A DNA stretch of 64,000 nucleotides. Source: Girardia tigrina (Eukaryota). The stretch lies in the NCBI GenBank assembly GCA_001938485.1, contig MQRK01228564.1, positions 1-64,000 on the forward strand, written 5' to 3'. Below the pieces are notes generated by a model. The model was not told the DNA's origin. It was given only the letters and a program-made list of their open reading frames with translations, and ran no database searches. This document shows, one piece after another, positions 10,700 through 25,100 of this stretch (position 1 is its first letter; every line of letters starts with the position of its first letter). The position numbers were made by a program, and so were the translations under genes.

Positions 10700-12000
10700 T
10701 TATCAATAAGGTCCAATACATAAGGCGCGACCTTACCCTCGTATATCTGACTACTACTGATTGTGCAAGCGTCACTGTGATAGTGACGGATGAGTTATTT
10801 TCTCCGCTGCATTGAAAGCAGTTGCGGTAACCGAGAAGTCGCGGGAAGCGATCTGCACCTGCTCCGAAAATCGGGCAACCACCGGTCGATTGCATCTGAT
10901 ATGCTCGATGCCAAAAGCGGGACCTGGTCTAGAATGAATCGAAGACAATTCGCAATCCGCACGAAAGCACGTCCAATCTGGCCTTGCACTCAGAGATCCC
11001 TGAAAATTCGAAGTACGGAACTCAACACTATTTTCTTTGAAGAAATGAAATTCTGTCTACATACTTATATTTCAAAGTATTCATAATTTATTCCAGTACA
11101 TATTTATGCAAGTATTTATTCATTTATATATATTCAACTAAGTTATTTGGACACTGTAATTATCTACTTTCTGTATACTTAATTTTTAAATCTTATTTTT
11201 TAAATTCCCCCACCGCAGTAGATCATACACAATTCAGTTTGGATGCAGATTCGAGAAGATTGCATTTTGCCGAAGGTGTAAAGATAACCTTGAAGCCTTA
11301 TGACATGCGATCTGCTGGTGCGGCAGGATGCAGACATACATGAATGCACGGCACGACGCGGTTCTTGATATTCTCCGTCAAGAAATTCAGGAATGATGTA
11401 GAGCGAAACTTTATGTAAATGTCACTTGTCGATTCATTCCTACCACCTTTAGAGTTGATCTGCAGTTACACTTCCCTGATAGAAAGCGAATTGTATTATT
11501 TAATGTGAAATTTCCATTTGATGATGCTGAAATTCTAGAAAATGCAAATACTGAAAATCTACACAAGTATGAACCTCTTCGGGCTGCGATCAAAGACAAA
11601 TACAAAGATCACACTGTCTTACTTTTCACTTTCGTTGTAGGAGCTCTAGATACATGGATCCCGAAGAACCGAGAACCGCTGAATGCTATATTCTTTAGGG
11701 CTCGGACCAATGCCATTGCCACTGCAGCGGTGAGATCTAACATCAAATAGTCCGCACGAGCATGGACTACCTTCAATAAAGGAAAAAGTGCCCACGACCT
11801 ATTCGATTACAGAGATCCTCAACACAATCTGAGAGGGACTCTGCAATTAATTAAAAATGCCATTCTTGAAGAAGAGGAGAAAGAACCGACCGATCTGATG
11901 AGCTAGCAGTGAGCACCGAAGTGGCGAACCGTGCCACTGCAGAAAAATTGAAGTCGCGAATTTCAGAAAAGTCCCATTGGGCAATTGAAAAAACTTTTGT
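10700..12000 (+). mobile_element. Degenerate RLE-type (R2/R4/NeSL-like) non-LTR retrotransposon, 3' part; boundaries approximate
   Basis: QFAIRTKAR, then CCHC knuckle CRRC...EAL*HAICWC...ARHDAV (11268-11365), then RVDL...VKFPFD...HKY...FVVGALDTW restriction-like endonuclease motifs. Contains in-frame stops. Confidence 0.85.
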
Positions 12001-13139
12001 TTTATAATAAATTTTTGTGTATATTTTATTGTAATTAACGAGTAATTTAAAACCATTAACTATATGGTGCCATAGGCTATGAAAAATGTGTTAAGATAAT
12101 CAAGATTTTTTATCAATAAGAAAAAAATACTATTTGCCAATTGTACGCTTTCTAAAACATGTAGTTAGTTTTAGTCTACAAAGGTAACATATGGGTATAA
12201 GTCAACAGAATAACGTATTACATGATAATTTTATTTAAGTAACTTTCTTTTTGGTTATTATTTATTCTGATAATATTTAAACCGTAGAAAATTTTGGTCG
12301 CAAAAGTATTGAACTTCTTTGAGAATTATTTTCCTTTTGGAAATAAATACACATTGTTTTCTTATTTTGTTATTGATTTCATAGAACCTTATAAGATGTT
12401 ATCGATGAATACGAAAGTGCTTCCTTTTTCGAAAAAATAACAATGAAGATCAAATTTTCATCTGCTTGATAAAGTAAATATTTTAATACAAGCCGACGCA
12501 TATATAGTTGAAAAAATAGCTTCTCTTAGCTTTCTTGATCTTAAATATTATTTTTAAGAATCATGTTCTTGATCCAGAAAGACGAATTTGATAGATTAAG
12601 ACCGATATTTATTATCGATTATTGGGATACTTTTACCCTACCCACAATATTAAAATAAAACAATCTTTGTTAAATGCATAAAATAAAATGACTGAGGTTG
12701 TTATTTCGAGTTATTATCATTCTGATTTTTTTTGAAAAATGGGAAACCCAATAATAGATACTCTAAAAAGAAAAAAATACCGTTAATAATTTTAATAAAG
12801 TATGCATTAATTTGTTTTCTATTTATCCAAATTTTTTTCTAAATATTTCTATTTTTAATAACCAATTTTATTAATGGTATAAAATTACATTACTTATTAA
12901 ATCACATTGAAATACTTGAAACTAAGAAAAAAATCCTCGAAGAAATAATTTCAAATCTGATACCGATATTAGAATTTAAAATATATCTAATATATCAATT
13001 GAAAATAAAAAAAAACGAAAAAAAACGTATTTTTTCGGAAATACAATTAATTATTTTTATTTAATTTACATTTTCTGATCGATTTGTTTTAATAATACAT
13101 CTGAATTAAAGTTATTTTTTTAGTATTGGAAATGCACAG

Positions 13140-16100
13140 ATGTTAAGACGAATTCTATTAAACGTTCTGATTTTAATTAAAGAATTAGTTATTCTCGTAA
13201 CTAAAACGTACAATTTTTTCTCTGTGTCTTACAAAAAACTTTCCAGAAAAGTAATTTTTTAATTTTTGCGAAAAAAAATTGGAAAAAAAACTCGATTGAA
13301 TGAAAACTATTATTTTCCTTGTAATCGAATTTCAGGCCGCTCAATATCAGAGTATTAAATACGAAATGGTGCCGCTGTCGCCACTGTCGCGATATCGATT
13401 GAGTAATTTGAGATTGATTGATCGATCACTTTGAATTTCATTGCGGTTTTTTCCTATTTTCGTCGATTTTCTTCCTCGTCGTCGTCGCCCGCTCCTTCAG
13501 GCATCGTTCGCCGCAAGATCCTCGTGCTCGATCTCGATGAGACGCTGATCCACTCGGTGCTCGACGGCATGGTCAGGCCCACAGTCAAGCCGGGCACCCC
13601 GCCTGACTTTGTGCTGCGGGTGGAGATCGATCGGCACCCCGTTCGGTTCTTCGTGCACAAGAGACCTCACGTCGATTATTTTCTTGACATAGTACGTGTG
13701 TGTTTGTTGTTTTGGTGGCGGTGTTGGTTTGGATTTGTCGATTTCCAATCGGGATTAATATTTATCATGAGCCGCTCGAGATTTACCACATGCATTACAA
13801 CCCCAGGGGATTAAGCCAAAGTATAATAAACCTCCTTGAACTTTATTAAATCCGGAATGAGCCACTTGAGATTTATCGTTTGTATATATAAGTCGTCCGA
13901 AATTTATCTAATACGGAATAAGCCGCTTGTAATTTATCACTCGTAAAACAAGTGCCGAAATTTGTCGAATGTAAAATGAACCCCCGAAACTAATCTAATA
14001 TAGAATTACCTCCAAACAAAATTTATCAAATTTAGAAAGATTACCAAAAATATATCGATTGTAAAATAACCCTCCACCGAAATTTATCAAATGTTGAACA
14101 ATCTCCAGGAACTAATCAAATATAGAATTAGCTCTCCTTCCAAAAATTTATCTATTGTAAAATAACCCTCCACCAAAGTTTTGAAATGCAGAATAAACCC
14201 TCTGTAATTTATTACACTTTAGGATTTTTGGAATTTTAAAGAGAATTCATTAAAATTTTTCATAATTGTAAATATGAAAGGAAAAACATTTTGAAAATAA
14301 AATCACTATAATTAAATTAAGTGAAGTAACATTTTAATTTTTATACCTCCAAAATGTATTAAATGTAAAATAAACCCTCCGAAAATTTTCAAATGTGAAA
14401 AAACCCTCTAATTCATTGCAAGGAAAACAAGTCCTGAAGTTTAGCAAAATACGCCTCCAAAATTTATCAAATCTAAAATTACACTTCCCAAAAAAATCAT
14501 CAAATGTAGATACACCAAGGCCCCGCTTTGCGTCTCTATTCGGTTCCGAAAGTTGAGGCGCTAAATGAGTTTCGACGCATAACGAATATGTGGTAATATT
14601 GATCAGAAAGACTGTTACAATATATCTATCTGAATAAAAATCAAAATAAAACATATTTTTATTAAGAAATAGTACGAAAATTGCGCTCTTAATCCATTAA
14701 AATTAATTAATAATATAAAATCAGTAAAAGTAATTGTGCATTATATTAAGAACACCAACATGGGTTTTCGAACTTTTATTTTCAATACAGTCAGAATTGT
14801 CTTTTGGACAACTCTCAGCAAAACTCTCGTCATTCGACATCGTTCTAAATTGATAATTTTTTATTAATGTTTGTTAATAAACAATTATTCGAACAAATAT
14901 TTCATTATTTTCTGATTTTATTTTTGCAGTTCAAATTTCGTAATTTTAGTATCAATTTTATTTAAACAATATAATTTATTGAAAGAAAGAACATTTATTT
15001 AATTCAAAACTTAGTTAAAACTATTTATTTTATTTAAATTATAATATGAAAATTTGAAAAGATTTAATATTTTTAATGTTTTTAAATATCTTATGTTGTA
15101 CTTTAAAATATAAATTATACTCGAATAATTATTTATCGTGAACATCCAAAATATCAATTTTCCATCTGGGTGGGAGAAACACATTTCCAAATACTAAACT
15201 CAACATACAAAATTCAACAAACCAATTTCAACATACAAAATTTAAAATATTCCTCACACATTATAAATATAATTATCCAAACTTCTTTCAAAATCAAAAT
15301 TTACTTTTTAAAAAATTTTTCCAAAGTGGTTTGTACTGCATTGTCTTTTTTCCGCATAAATTTCTTCATAGTAATTTATGCTACCCAGAACTGATCTGTT
15401 CACCCTCGAACTTCTTTCGTGATTAGGGTCATCTTGATTAAATATCTGCAGAGTTTGATCAATTAATTGAAAAGCTTGAGCTAACCGTTTCGTCGTTAAC
15501 GTTTGTTCTACGGCAATATCATCGATTTTTTTTCTCAGAATCACTACTGTATGCTGCCTGAAATTATATTTCCATTAATTGAGAAGTTGTTATCTCTTCA
15601 TTGTGCGAATCCAATAGTTCTTCTATATCTTCGACCTCCATTCCTTCAACTTGCAATGCGGATGCTAAGTCAACTATCTCTTTAATTGCAGTTATCCTAT
15701 CATTATTCGTGTCATTTTCCAATGGGCTATGTACACATTCCGGCCATAATTTACGCCAACAACCGTTCATGCTTTTGTTGGACACTTCATTCCAAGATCC
15801 TGCAATATATTTAATCCCATCTAATATAGTGAAGTTTTTCCAGAAAGTTTTCATTGTAATATTATCAATTCCTTCCATGGTTGTGAAAAGTTCCCTGAAA
15901 TTTTATATGGCAAAAAATAAAAAAAATCAATCGATGCAAAAGCGAATAGACGCATAGCGGGGCTTTGGTACATTATTTTCTTGACATAGTATGTGTGTGC
16001 TTGCTGTTTTGGTGGCGGTGTTGGTTTGGATTTGTCGATTTCCGATCGGGATTTAGTGTAAGTAAACCCCTCACCGAAATTGAATCTACTACCGAAATCG

Positions 16101-19100
16101 AATTTTTAATGTAATTTATCAGATGTAAAAGAAGATTCGAAGTCTATCAAATGTAAAATAGCCCTCCACCGAAATTTATCAAATGTAGAACGATCCCAAG
16201 AAACTAATCTAATATAGAATTAGCCTCCCTCCCCAAAACTTATCAAATGTAAAATAACCCCGGATAATTTTCAAATTTTTATCAATTAGTAAAACCAAAT
16301 TAAGTTAAAATTAAACAAAACAAGTAATATAAAATTTATTATCTAAAACATTTAATGCACTGAAAACGTGACGCAAATTATTAATACCATCTTTCACGAA
16401 TCTCTACTTCCGCATAATAATAATCTTGTAAGTTTACTAATTCTATTCTTTATTTTTGTTACAATATGATTTGATTGTTTGAGCATGAGTACCTGTTTCC
16501 ATAAAAATAAGCATCTGTTTGTTACTCTACAAATGGAATTGAATAATTGACACTTCTATGATCTAATTCAAATAAATTAAGGTTTTTATAAGCTTTCCAC
16601 TGTTCTGGTTGTATAATGCTACCTGCTTTAACCACCTTGTTAATAATTGGGGTCATTGAAATTTGTATTTCTGTTATCAACAATTCGGATGTACCTTAGA
16701 AATGCTTTAATATTGGTTTTTACCATTCAAAATACCCAATAGGACAGTGTCGGGCAACCGATGCACCGCCAAAAATTCTAGGGGCGCCGCGAACATTTTT
16801 GTAAAATATTTAAAATCGTTAGTTATTGAACTTTTGGTCGAATTAAAAGAAAATGTTTTAAAAAATATTTTTTGTATGAACAGATATGGGTAGTCAGATT
16901 GTTATTGTTAAGATTTGTATAGTTGCTTCGCAACGTAGCGGAATTGTCGACTGGTTTTGAATAAAAGCGATAAAATTTCTTTCTGTTGATGCACGCGCAC
17001 GGTTAGAAAAGATGAAAAAATACAATTGATACATTTCGGAGGTTTCGTCAAAGTATTGCTGTAGCAATATTAGTCGTATTTTTGCATCGTTATAAAACAC
17101 ACAGTAAAATCTGTTGGTTACAAAACAGTGAAAAATAATTTGTTGTGGCGCAAGAATCCTGTGCTTATAAATTATTTTTAGTGAGATTCTCACTCACTTT
17201 TTACTCAAGGTAATTTTAATTAAACATTATTAAGAAACGCTCTTATATTATGTTTTCTAAATTCCCTCAAAACTAAAATTTTTTTTAATAGTATAACAGG
17301 TGCACGCGAAAAAAAGTTTTAGGTTTAGGGCGCCACAACTCGAAAAAGGTTGCCCGACACTGCAATAGGATTTTGGTGTCTTCTAAATTGAAGATATTTT
17401 ACTTTATACCTGGTTCTTAAATTAGAGTATAACCATTCAAATGAAAAGGATTTATTGCGAATTAATTTTGTCATGAATAAATAACATTTTCGAATAGTTT
17501 TTTCAAGACTTTTTTAAGACTCGTTTGATTCTCTGATATGTTAATAGTCATATTTTCGATCTCGCAAAACATTATGTAAAAGCACTTCGATAACAACACA
17601 GTGGACTTTGAAATCTATTCCCCTTTTTAATACAAATCGACTTTGTAATGCCTTACAATTTTTAGTTTGATACTTCCAATCGTACCATTTAATTGATGAC
17701 CACAAACTATTTTCAAAATCATAATTTTTTAATTCTATGGCAATTCTCTATTTTATAATATGTAGGTTATATTTTATAATGTAAAGAATACAAAAAATAA
17801 TCAATTGTAGAACATGTGCCCAAATATTTTATGTGTAGAATAAGTCTCTTAAATATATTAAGTGTAGAATAATCACCCTGAAATTTGCATGTGTAGAAAA
17901 GACACCCCAAAACATATGCGGTGGTTATGATATATATGATCCCCGATGGAGATTGATTTTCTCTTTTGAAATTCTTTTATTTATTTCAAAAATTCTTTCG
18001 TATTGCTTCAATTCCACAAAGAAAATCAACAAAAATAAAAAATCCTATCAATTCTAGGGTTTAATTTTGGTATAATATGTTTGTCGTCCCTACGGAGTTT
18101 TTGGAAACTCCGTTCTCCCTCAAACCAAAAAATTAAAAAAAAATTTCTTTGTACCATTTTTAAATGATTTATATAACCATAAATGGTTATATTTATGGAC
18201 AAGACTTTAAATTTTTTTTCCAATATATTTGTTATTTTGCTAAAAATAATGTTATAATAATAATAATAGTAACTGTACCTATTGGGTAGCGTCACACATT
18301 AAAAGATGCTTTGTTAAATAATTTAAATAAATCAAAAAGTTTTTTTTGGAAATTTGATTTTTAATTATTTTTAAAAACTTTTAAAGTAAATTTATATTTA
18401 ATTATAATGAATTAGGATTTTTTGGGAATTTTCATAAACTATAAATGTTTATTTTAAGTGTCATTATATCGAAGCTCTTATCCGTGTGACTGTTATAATG
18501 CTACATCGGATTATGTGATTCAGATAGAACTTACGTAATCGGTAGAATAAGTATTACTAATAAGAAATAATAAAAGTTTTTGAAAAAAATCTTTTGAAAA
18601 ATTTCTTTTAATGAAAAATAATGGTAAATAATTCTTAGCAATACTGACAAAGAACAAATTTCAAAAAAAGTACGTAAGGGCTACCTTTAAAATATATAAA
18701 ATATTAAAAATATAATCAAAATTTTAATTTTTTTATAGGTCTAAATAACGTAATTAAACCAATATAAAATACGTGATGCTATCTCGAAAAAAGGCTTTTT
18801 TTATTAAATGGGCAACCAGTGGGTGAATTTTGCTCCATTTGAAGAAATTAATTGCGTAATTGTCGAATTCACAAACTAAACATCTTTTTCCGAATTACCG
18901 AATTAATAAAAAATATTTAAATAAAACATTTTTTGTTTAGTTTATTTTATAGTGCATTTTTAGATTTGGTATTTTTTATCTGGAGTTTTTTTGTATGAAA
19001 AAGTTTGAATTTAAAATGAAAACCATACCTCAGTAATTTACTTTTAATATTAGTAAAATTAGTTACTTTTATGGTTATAAATTCGGCAAAATTACCGTCC

Positions 19101-22100
19101 AATCACATTTTCACGCTACTGTAGATTTTGCATGAATATGGAAAACCCCTCCTAAAAATATTTATAATAAATTCTAACAAGTGACGTTCTGAATTTTTCG
19201 ACAATAATGTGTTATTAATGTGGATTTTATTAAAATAAATAGGTCATATTTTTATTATTTTTTTTAGGAGGAATACGAAAGAATTTTTTTCAATTTTAAA
19301 ATGATTTTTGTTTTAAAATTTTGTTCACTATCTTATTAGTTATTATACTTCTATTTCTACTTAAGTATTACTAATTAAATTTTATATTAAAAAATCAATG
19401 CAAGAATTACAATTAAAATAATTGATTTGATTTATTGTTATGTGAAAATACTTAATAAGAACATAATTATACAAAAATCTTATTGCAAAAAGTACAATAA
19501 TCTAATATCTTACTTGATTGACTCAGCTGTAAATGTTATCTACTCCGTCTTTTGAAGTAACGACTTGTGTTACCAATATACATCTTTACACCCACGGAAC
19601 TCACATTTATATACAATATTTACTTTCATTGAACCGTCAGTACTTGATTTCACTGTAAGAAACGCTCTCACATTTTGCATGCTTTTGAATTTATCCTGAC
19701 ATCAATATTTTAATAAATTATGTTTCTGAAATCTCTAAGTCCTTCAGAAATTGGTATTATTATGATTTTAGAACGCTTCCCATCATCCTCTTTCTTGTTC
19801 TTTTAAGTGGGGATTCTTACTTGTCTTATTTTGTCTCGACTTTCTTATTTGGGTACAAATTATTGTTCAATTTTCTGAAAATACCCAGACAATTGCATTT
19901 CTACCTATAATTAAAGTAGAGCTCGAATTCTGTGAACTAACAATTTGATCATACAATCTTTGAAAGATTGTATGAAACTAGATTATCTTATCGTCTATGT
20001 CAAGAGAGGGTCGCCCTTCGCGGACTTGATCGTCTGTGTTAAAGTTATTTTCACGAAAATTGGAAATCTACCTTTCACATGTTTTCTTTGAGACTGTTCC
20101 AACTCCAAGGGCAGTGTTAATTTCGTCAGTCATCTGTGAGGGTGTTAAATCCCTTTACCAGCAATAATAAATTAATTTAGGAATATCAAATCGATTAAAA
20201 TCCATTAGGATGATGAAAATCTGCGAAATTTACGAAAATGCTATTATTTTATTAAAACAAAAATTCATTTAGAACAGAAAATAAAAATTATTGAACAGAA
20301 GAAGATCGCAAATGCTTTTTTATCTAATTCACATTTTATTAGGGATTGCAAATTTATTTATTTAATTATTTATGTGATCTGCAGTTAACAAATATAACTT
20401 ATGAGGTAACCCTATATTAGGGATAATGCACAATCTTTTGAAAAAAAAAACAAAAATCACTTTAATTGAAATCATTAAAAATGTTAAAATAAAAAAAGAA
20501 TTTAGAAGAACTTTATGAAACTGAGTTTATAAAGATTTTGCCCTCATTTTGTCAAGAGATTCTTAGAATGACTTGAAACTTGGTTTTTAGGTCAGTCAGT
20601 GGTTCGAGTTGGTCGTTTATACCGCTAGTCTGGAGCTGTATGGTGCCGCTGTGTCCGACAAACTGGACAGCGGTCGTGATATCTTGCGTCAACGTTACTA
20701 CAGACAAGTGAGCTTTACTTTTACTCTTATCAATAAAAAATAAAATCCAATTTTAAGTACTTGTCTCAAATATCATTTCCTCTCGTGTCAAATGATCATC
20801 AATATAAAATGTCTAAGTGAAATATTTAAAATATAATTAGAATCATATGTTTATTTATGGAGAAAAATAAGAACCTTTATGTTTTTTATCTAGATTATAA
20901 AATTGAAAAATTTCCGCTGTGTTTGCTTTGAATATTTTATCGATGGAATTTTAAAATCCAATCGGTAATTGAAAGAGTCAAGAAAAAGTTTTAAACAAAA
21001 TTATTGGGCTCCGATTCAGAATTCAAGTTCATGACACAAAATTTTATTTCTATCACATTAACGATTTTTCAAACAAATATTTTTGAGGAACTTTAGCACT
21101 TTCTTTTCTTTACACAAACCATTATAAATCAAATTTCCATTTTATTATACATTTTCCTTTTAACACAATTACCTTTTTAATTAACATTGTAACGTACATT
21201 TTCATTTCAATTAAAATACATTTTCAAAAAATAAACATTAAAATTACATTTTAATTTATTATTTCAATTTAACCGTTTAAAAATTACATTTAGATTTCGA
21301 TAAAGTTACATTTTGTCTCAAAACAAAATGATATTTTAATTTTAAAATTTATGAATTCATATGATATTTGATTTGTTTTATATTTAGATAAAAATTACAA
21401 AATAATATTTTAGTTTATTATCCTTTCAAATATTAAATATTCCGTTTTATATAAAATTACAATTTACTTTATTAATAAATCTATTTATGGATTTTGCTGT
21501 TAAACCTTAAAAATCTACATTGAAATTTATTGTTATATGAATTAATTTAATATGCTATTTTATGAAAATCTTATTTTAACATAACCTATAAATTTACTTT
21601 TCATTTTATTATTAAATTGTTTAGATTTTAAATTCAAAAATTTTATGAACTCACCAAAGCTCCTTACATAAAGGAAATAGAAACAATCAATAAATCTGCA
21701 TGTATTCAAAGACTCAATAAAATTAACTTAAATTACCCTAAACATTCGGAGATGAATCACGCGAATTGTTTATATAATTCTTTATGGATTAGTATAAATT
21801 TAACTTTCATCCTCCTGTCTTTTGTTTTGTGAATTTTTATATTAGATATTATCTGGATAGAATCAACATTCACAAGACCAAGAATGAAGATGCTTGGAAG
21901 TATGTTAAGATTATAGAAGCTCCAAATGTGTGCTGCTTATCTCCTTTACTCTTGGGCATATTATTTTGAATAAACTTATTATTCTATTCTAATACACCTC
22001 CCATTGAAAAAGGAATTAACTTATTCAATATCATTTGTAAAGATTAAAATCTAAAACTGTTTGTTGATCCAAAATAATGAGTGGTTTTGATTCATAGAAA

Positions 22101-25100
22101 ATGATTATTTCTTTGCTCTATGAAAATCCATTTTTTTATAAATAAAAGCAATCGGGTCAAACCAATATTTTCAGATTTGTATTAAAGTTAGCATTCACTA
22201 AGACATTTTGGAATGCACAAGTACAACGATGATATTATGATCATTTTTTCAACGTTATTTATATTTTCTATTTTTGTTCGGACACAAATTTGCACTAAAT
22301 TATTTACATTCAATTTATTCTATTAATTGATTTATTTTAATAAAAAGTTTATGGATCACATAGAATGTTTAATTAATTATTTAAAACCTTAATGACACTT
22401 GAATTATTAATTATTAATCATATATTAAAATAAGTTCACTGGTAATATGTCTAGAAATTAAAAACAATAACTGTTTATTTTTTCAACTGAAAATTATTCT
22501 GTTTGATTTGAAGCATCCCAAAGTGGAAATAAATCTTGAAATTTAAATTGATTTTTAATAAAATAATTTTTAGATAACTCTTGTAATAAATAATCAAATG
22601 ATCATGAATTAATTTGAAAATTTTCACTTTATCCTCTGATCTCAATTCAATTAAAAATGTATTGGCATCAATTAAGGCAAGGATATTCCGTATACGTATT
22701 CCAGCAAAAACACGTGTTCAATTAAAACATAATATAAACTTGGTGTTGTCTGAACTAAATTCATTTGAAGAGTATTACACACATTTTTGGGAAATTTGTA
22801 ACTCAATAAACAATCGACAACAAAAATTAAAAAATATTTAGTTTGAGTCTTCATTTATAAAGTTTTTTTTTGTTTGTTAAGTTTTAAGTATATATTAATT
22901 CTCATCATATCTTCAACATTGTCAGATTTAGAAGTAAATTATAGATATTTATACAGAATTTCTCTGATATTAAACCGAGAAGTTGAAAAATAATTTTAAA
23001 TGATATGTTTATTTATTAAATAATATTTTTTGAAAATTGGTTCTTTATTTTTGAAAACCGGCTCTTTGTTAATGAAAAGCCCTGTGTGTTCGAGAAAAAC
23101 CGGGACATGTAAATATTACTAGTACGATTTACATTAAATATAGTTAAAATTTGATTTCTCCACTTCTGTCCATGTCAAAATCTAAACTTTGCTACTGTAT
23201 TCTTGAAACGATCTCTAAAATAATGAATGTAAATGTTTTATTAATAGAACATAAAAAAGTTTTCGGGTTCTGAACATTAATTGTAGATTGTAGTTTTATA
23301 GCGGTGTTAAAATACTTTATTTAATCGATCATTCTATTGTTTAATTTTATCGTTACATAAATAAACTCAATCGACTGATATTTGTACTGTAAATTTCCGA
23401 TATCTGACACTATTAATTGTGTTGTGTTTATTAGAGAATTGATTACGGAGAGATAATTTCGGTGTTATTAGTCTTGGAGACACTTTGCCATCGTTACCAA
23501 CTTTCACTATCTCTAACCCCATGCGAAACTTGCACCTACCAATTATGATCGTTGCAAGAAATCTTACCGAACGCAGAAATGTTCGCAATCCTAATATAAA
23601 TGTAAAAATAAATAAGGTCAAATTTCTGTAAACTCTTTTTACAGGGTTATTCAGGGTCATAAATTCTTTATTCAAGTATGAAAAATCAAATAAATAAAAA
23701 ATAAAATAAAGCATAGTAAGAGCCAAATAAACAATTTAACTTCATTTTATTATATGAAAAATTCATTTCATAAAGCTTTCTCAAGCCATTTCTTTCTTTC
23801 ACCTGCATTGAACTATAAAAACCTTGACATTGCTCAGAATAACAATTGATTTCACATAATATATAATTTAAAGCATCTTCCACACTTATGTCACTATTCT
23901 CTGCTTTTAAACTCCTAGACTTTGCTTTAATCATCACAAAACGTTTTCAGCATCATTTAGGGTTGAATTCTTAACAATTCATGTTTCCTTTCTTTTTAAA
24001 CTTGAAGAAACAAACCTGATGTCGTCTTGTTGCTTATTCAAAACGTTTCTAACGGTGTTAAGTAGTCTTTAATTATTCTATTTCTGTTCAGAGTTTCTCT
24101 TACAATCAATGTACGGCCAGGATGTAAAGTGAAATACGGGGACAACTTGGTGTCAATTAAAGACACAAGTAGCTCAGCATTGTAAGTACCTGTTTTATAA
24201 TCATAGGTAACTTGACCGTTAATATTAATAGTACAAGACAGGCTTTTATTAATAGTAATGTTTCCTGGTGCTGTTATGAATGTATTTTCATTAACTTAAC
24301 TGTATCCATATCTGGTTTTCATACCTGATTTTTCATACTTATAAAAAATTGAATAAAGAATTTATAACTATGAATAAATAATTCATTACCCTGAAAATTA
24401 ATTATTATGCGAACTCACATTGATTTTATTTTTTGTTATATACACATTTGGATCATCCTTAAAACAATCCGTAGTTATGCTTTCGGTCGTCGACATCAAA
24501 AAGAATAGATTAATAATTTTAATCCGATTATCTAAATCAATTTGACATCTGAAAAAAACATTTATTTAGTTTACTTTGAATTTCGTTGATGAAAATTAAA
24601 ATAAATTTTTATTTTTTAAAAATCAAATTAGTTTTCGATAATAACGAATAAAACCTTAATCTGTTACCTTGGTAGGAGAGAAAATCCCCAATCACACACA
24701 AAAATAAAGGTCATAAGCAATGGGGTCTTCAACCTTATTGAGTGTGTTTGGGCACATAATTATTCATTGATTGCACAATTATTTTTTATTTATTATTAAT
24801 GACTTTACGATGGTGGTTATTTCGTCAAAATTAATTGTCAATAAACATTTGAATTTCAACTTTTTATTTTTACTAAAACACGAAAATTGAGATTGTCAAA
24901 ATGTTTTATGTTTATAAAGATCGATAAAAATTAGTACATTACAAATTTTAAACATTATATCGATGGTATACTATATTTAGTTATTTAAAATAATTATTAA
25001 TAAATAATTTGGGTTGATCATTGTTCGACGTCATTAGCGTTTCTAATTATATCAACGATTTCATTACACCTTTGACTGAAGTAATAATAAAAATCATTAA

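Noticed and set aside
13431-13814. 127-aa ORF as a stand-alone gene
   Set aside because: Only 13501-13691 is coding (CTDNEP1 exon 3). The rest is intron read-through.
13770-14510. Regularly spaced repeats as a CRISPR-like array
   Set aside because: The units are degenerate tandem copies without unique spacers, they lie in a eukaryotic intron, and there are no cas genes.
16300-17760. Possible old transposase on the minus strand around the hAT MITE
   Set aside because: Only a TRWL-like hint is visible. Too degraded to support a call.
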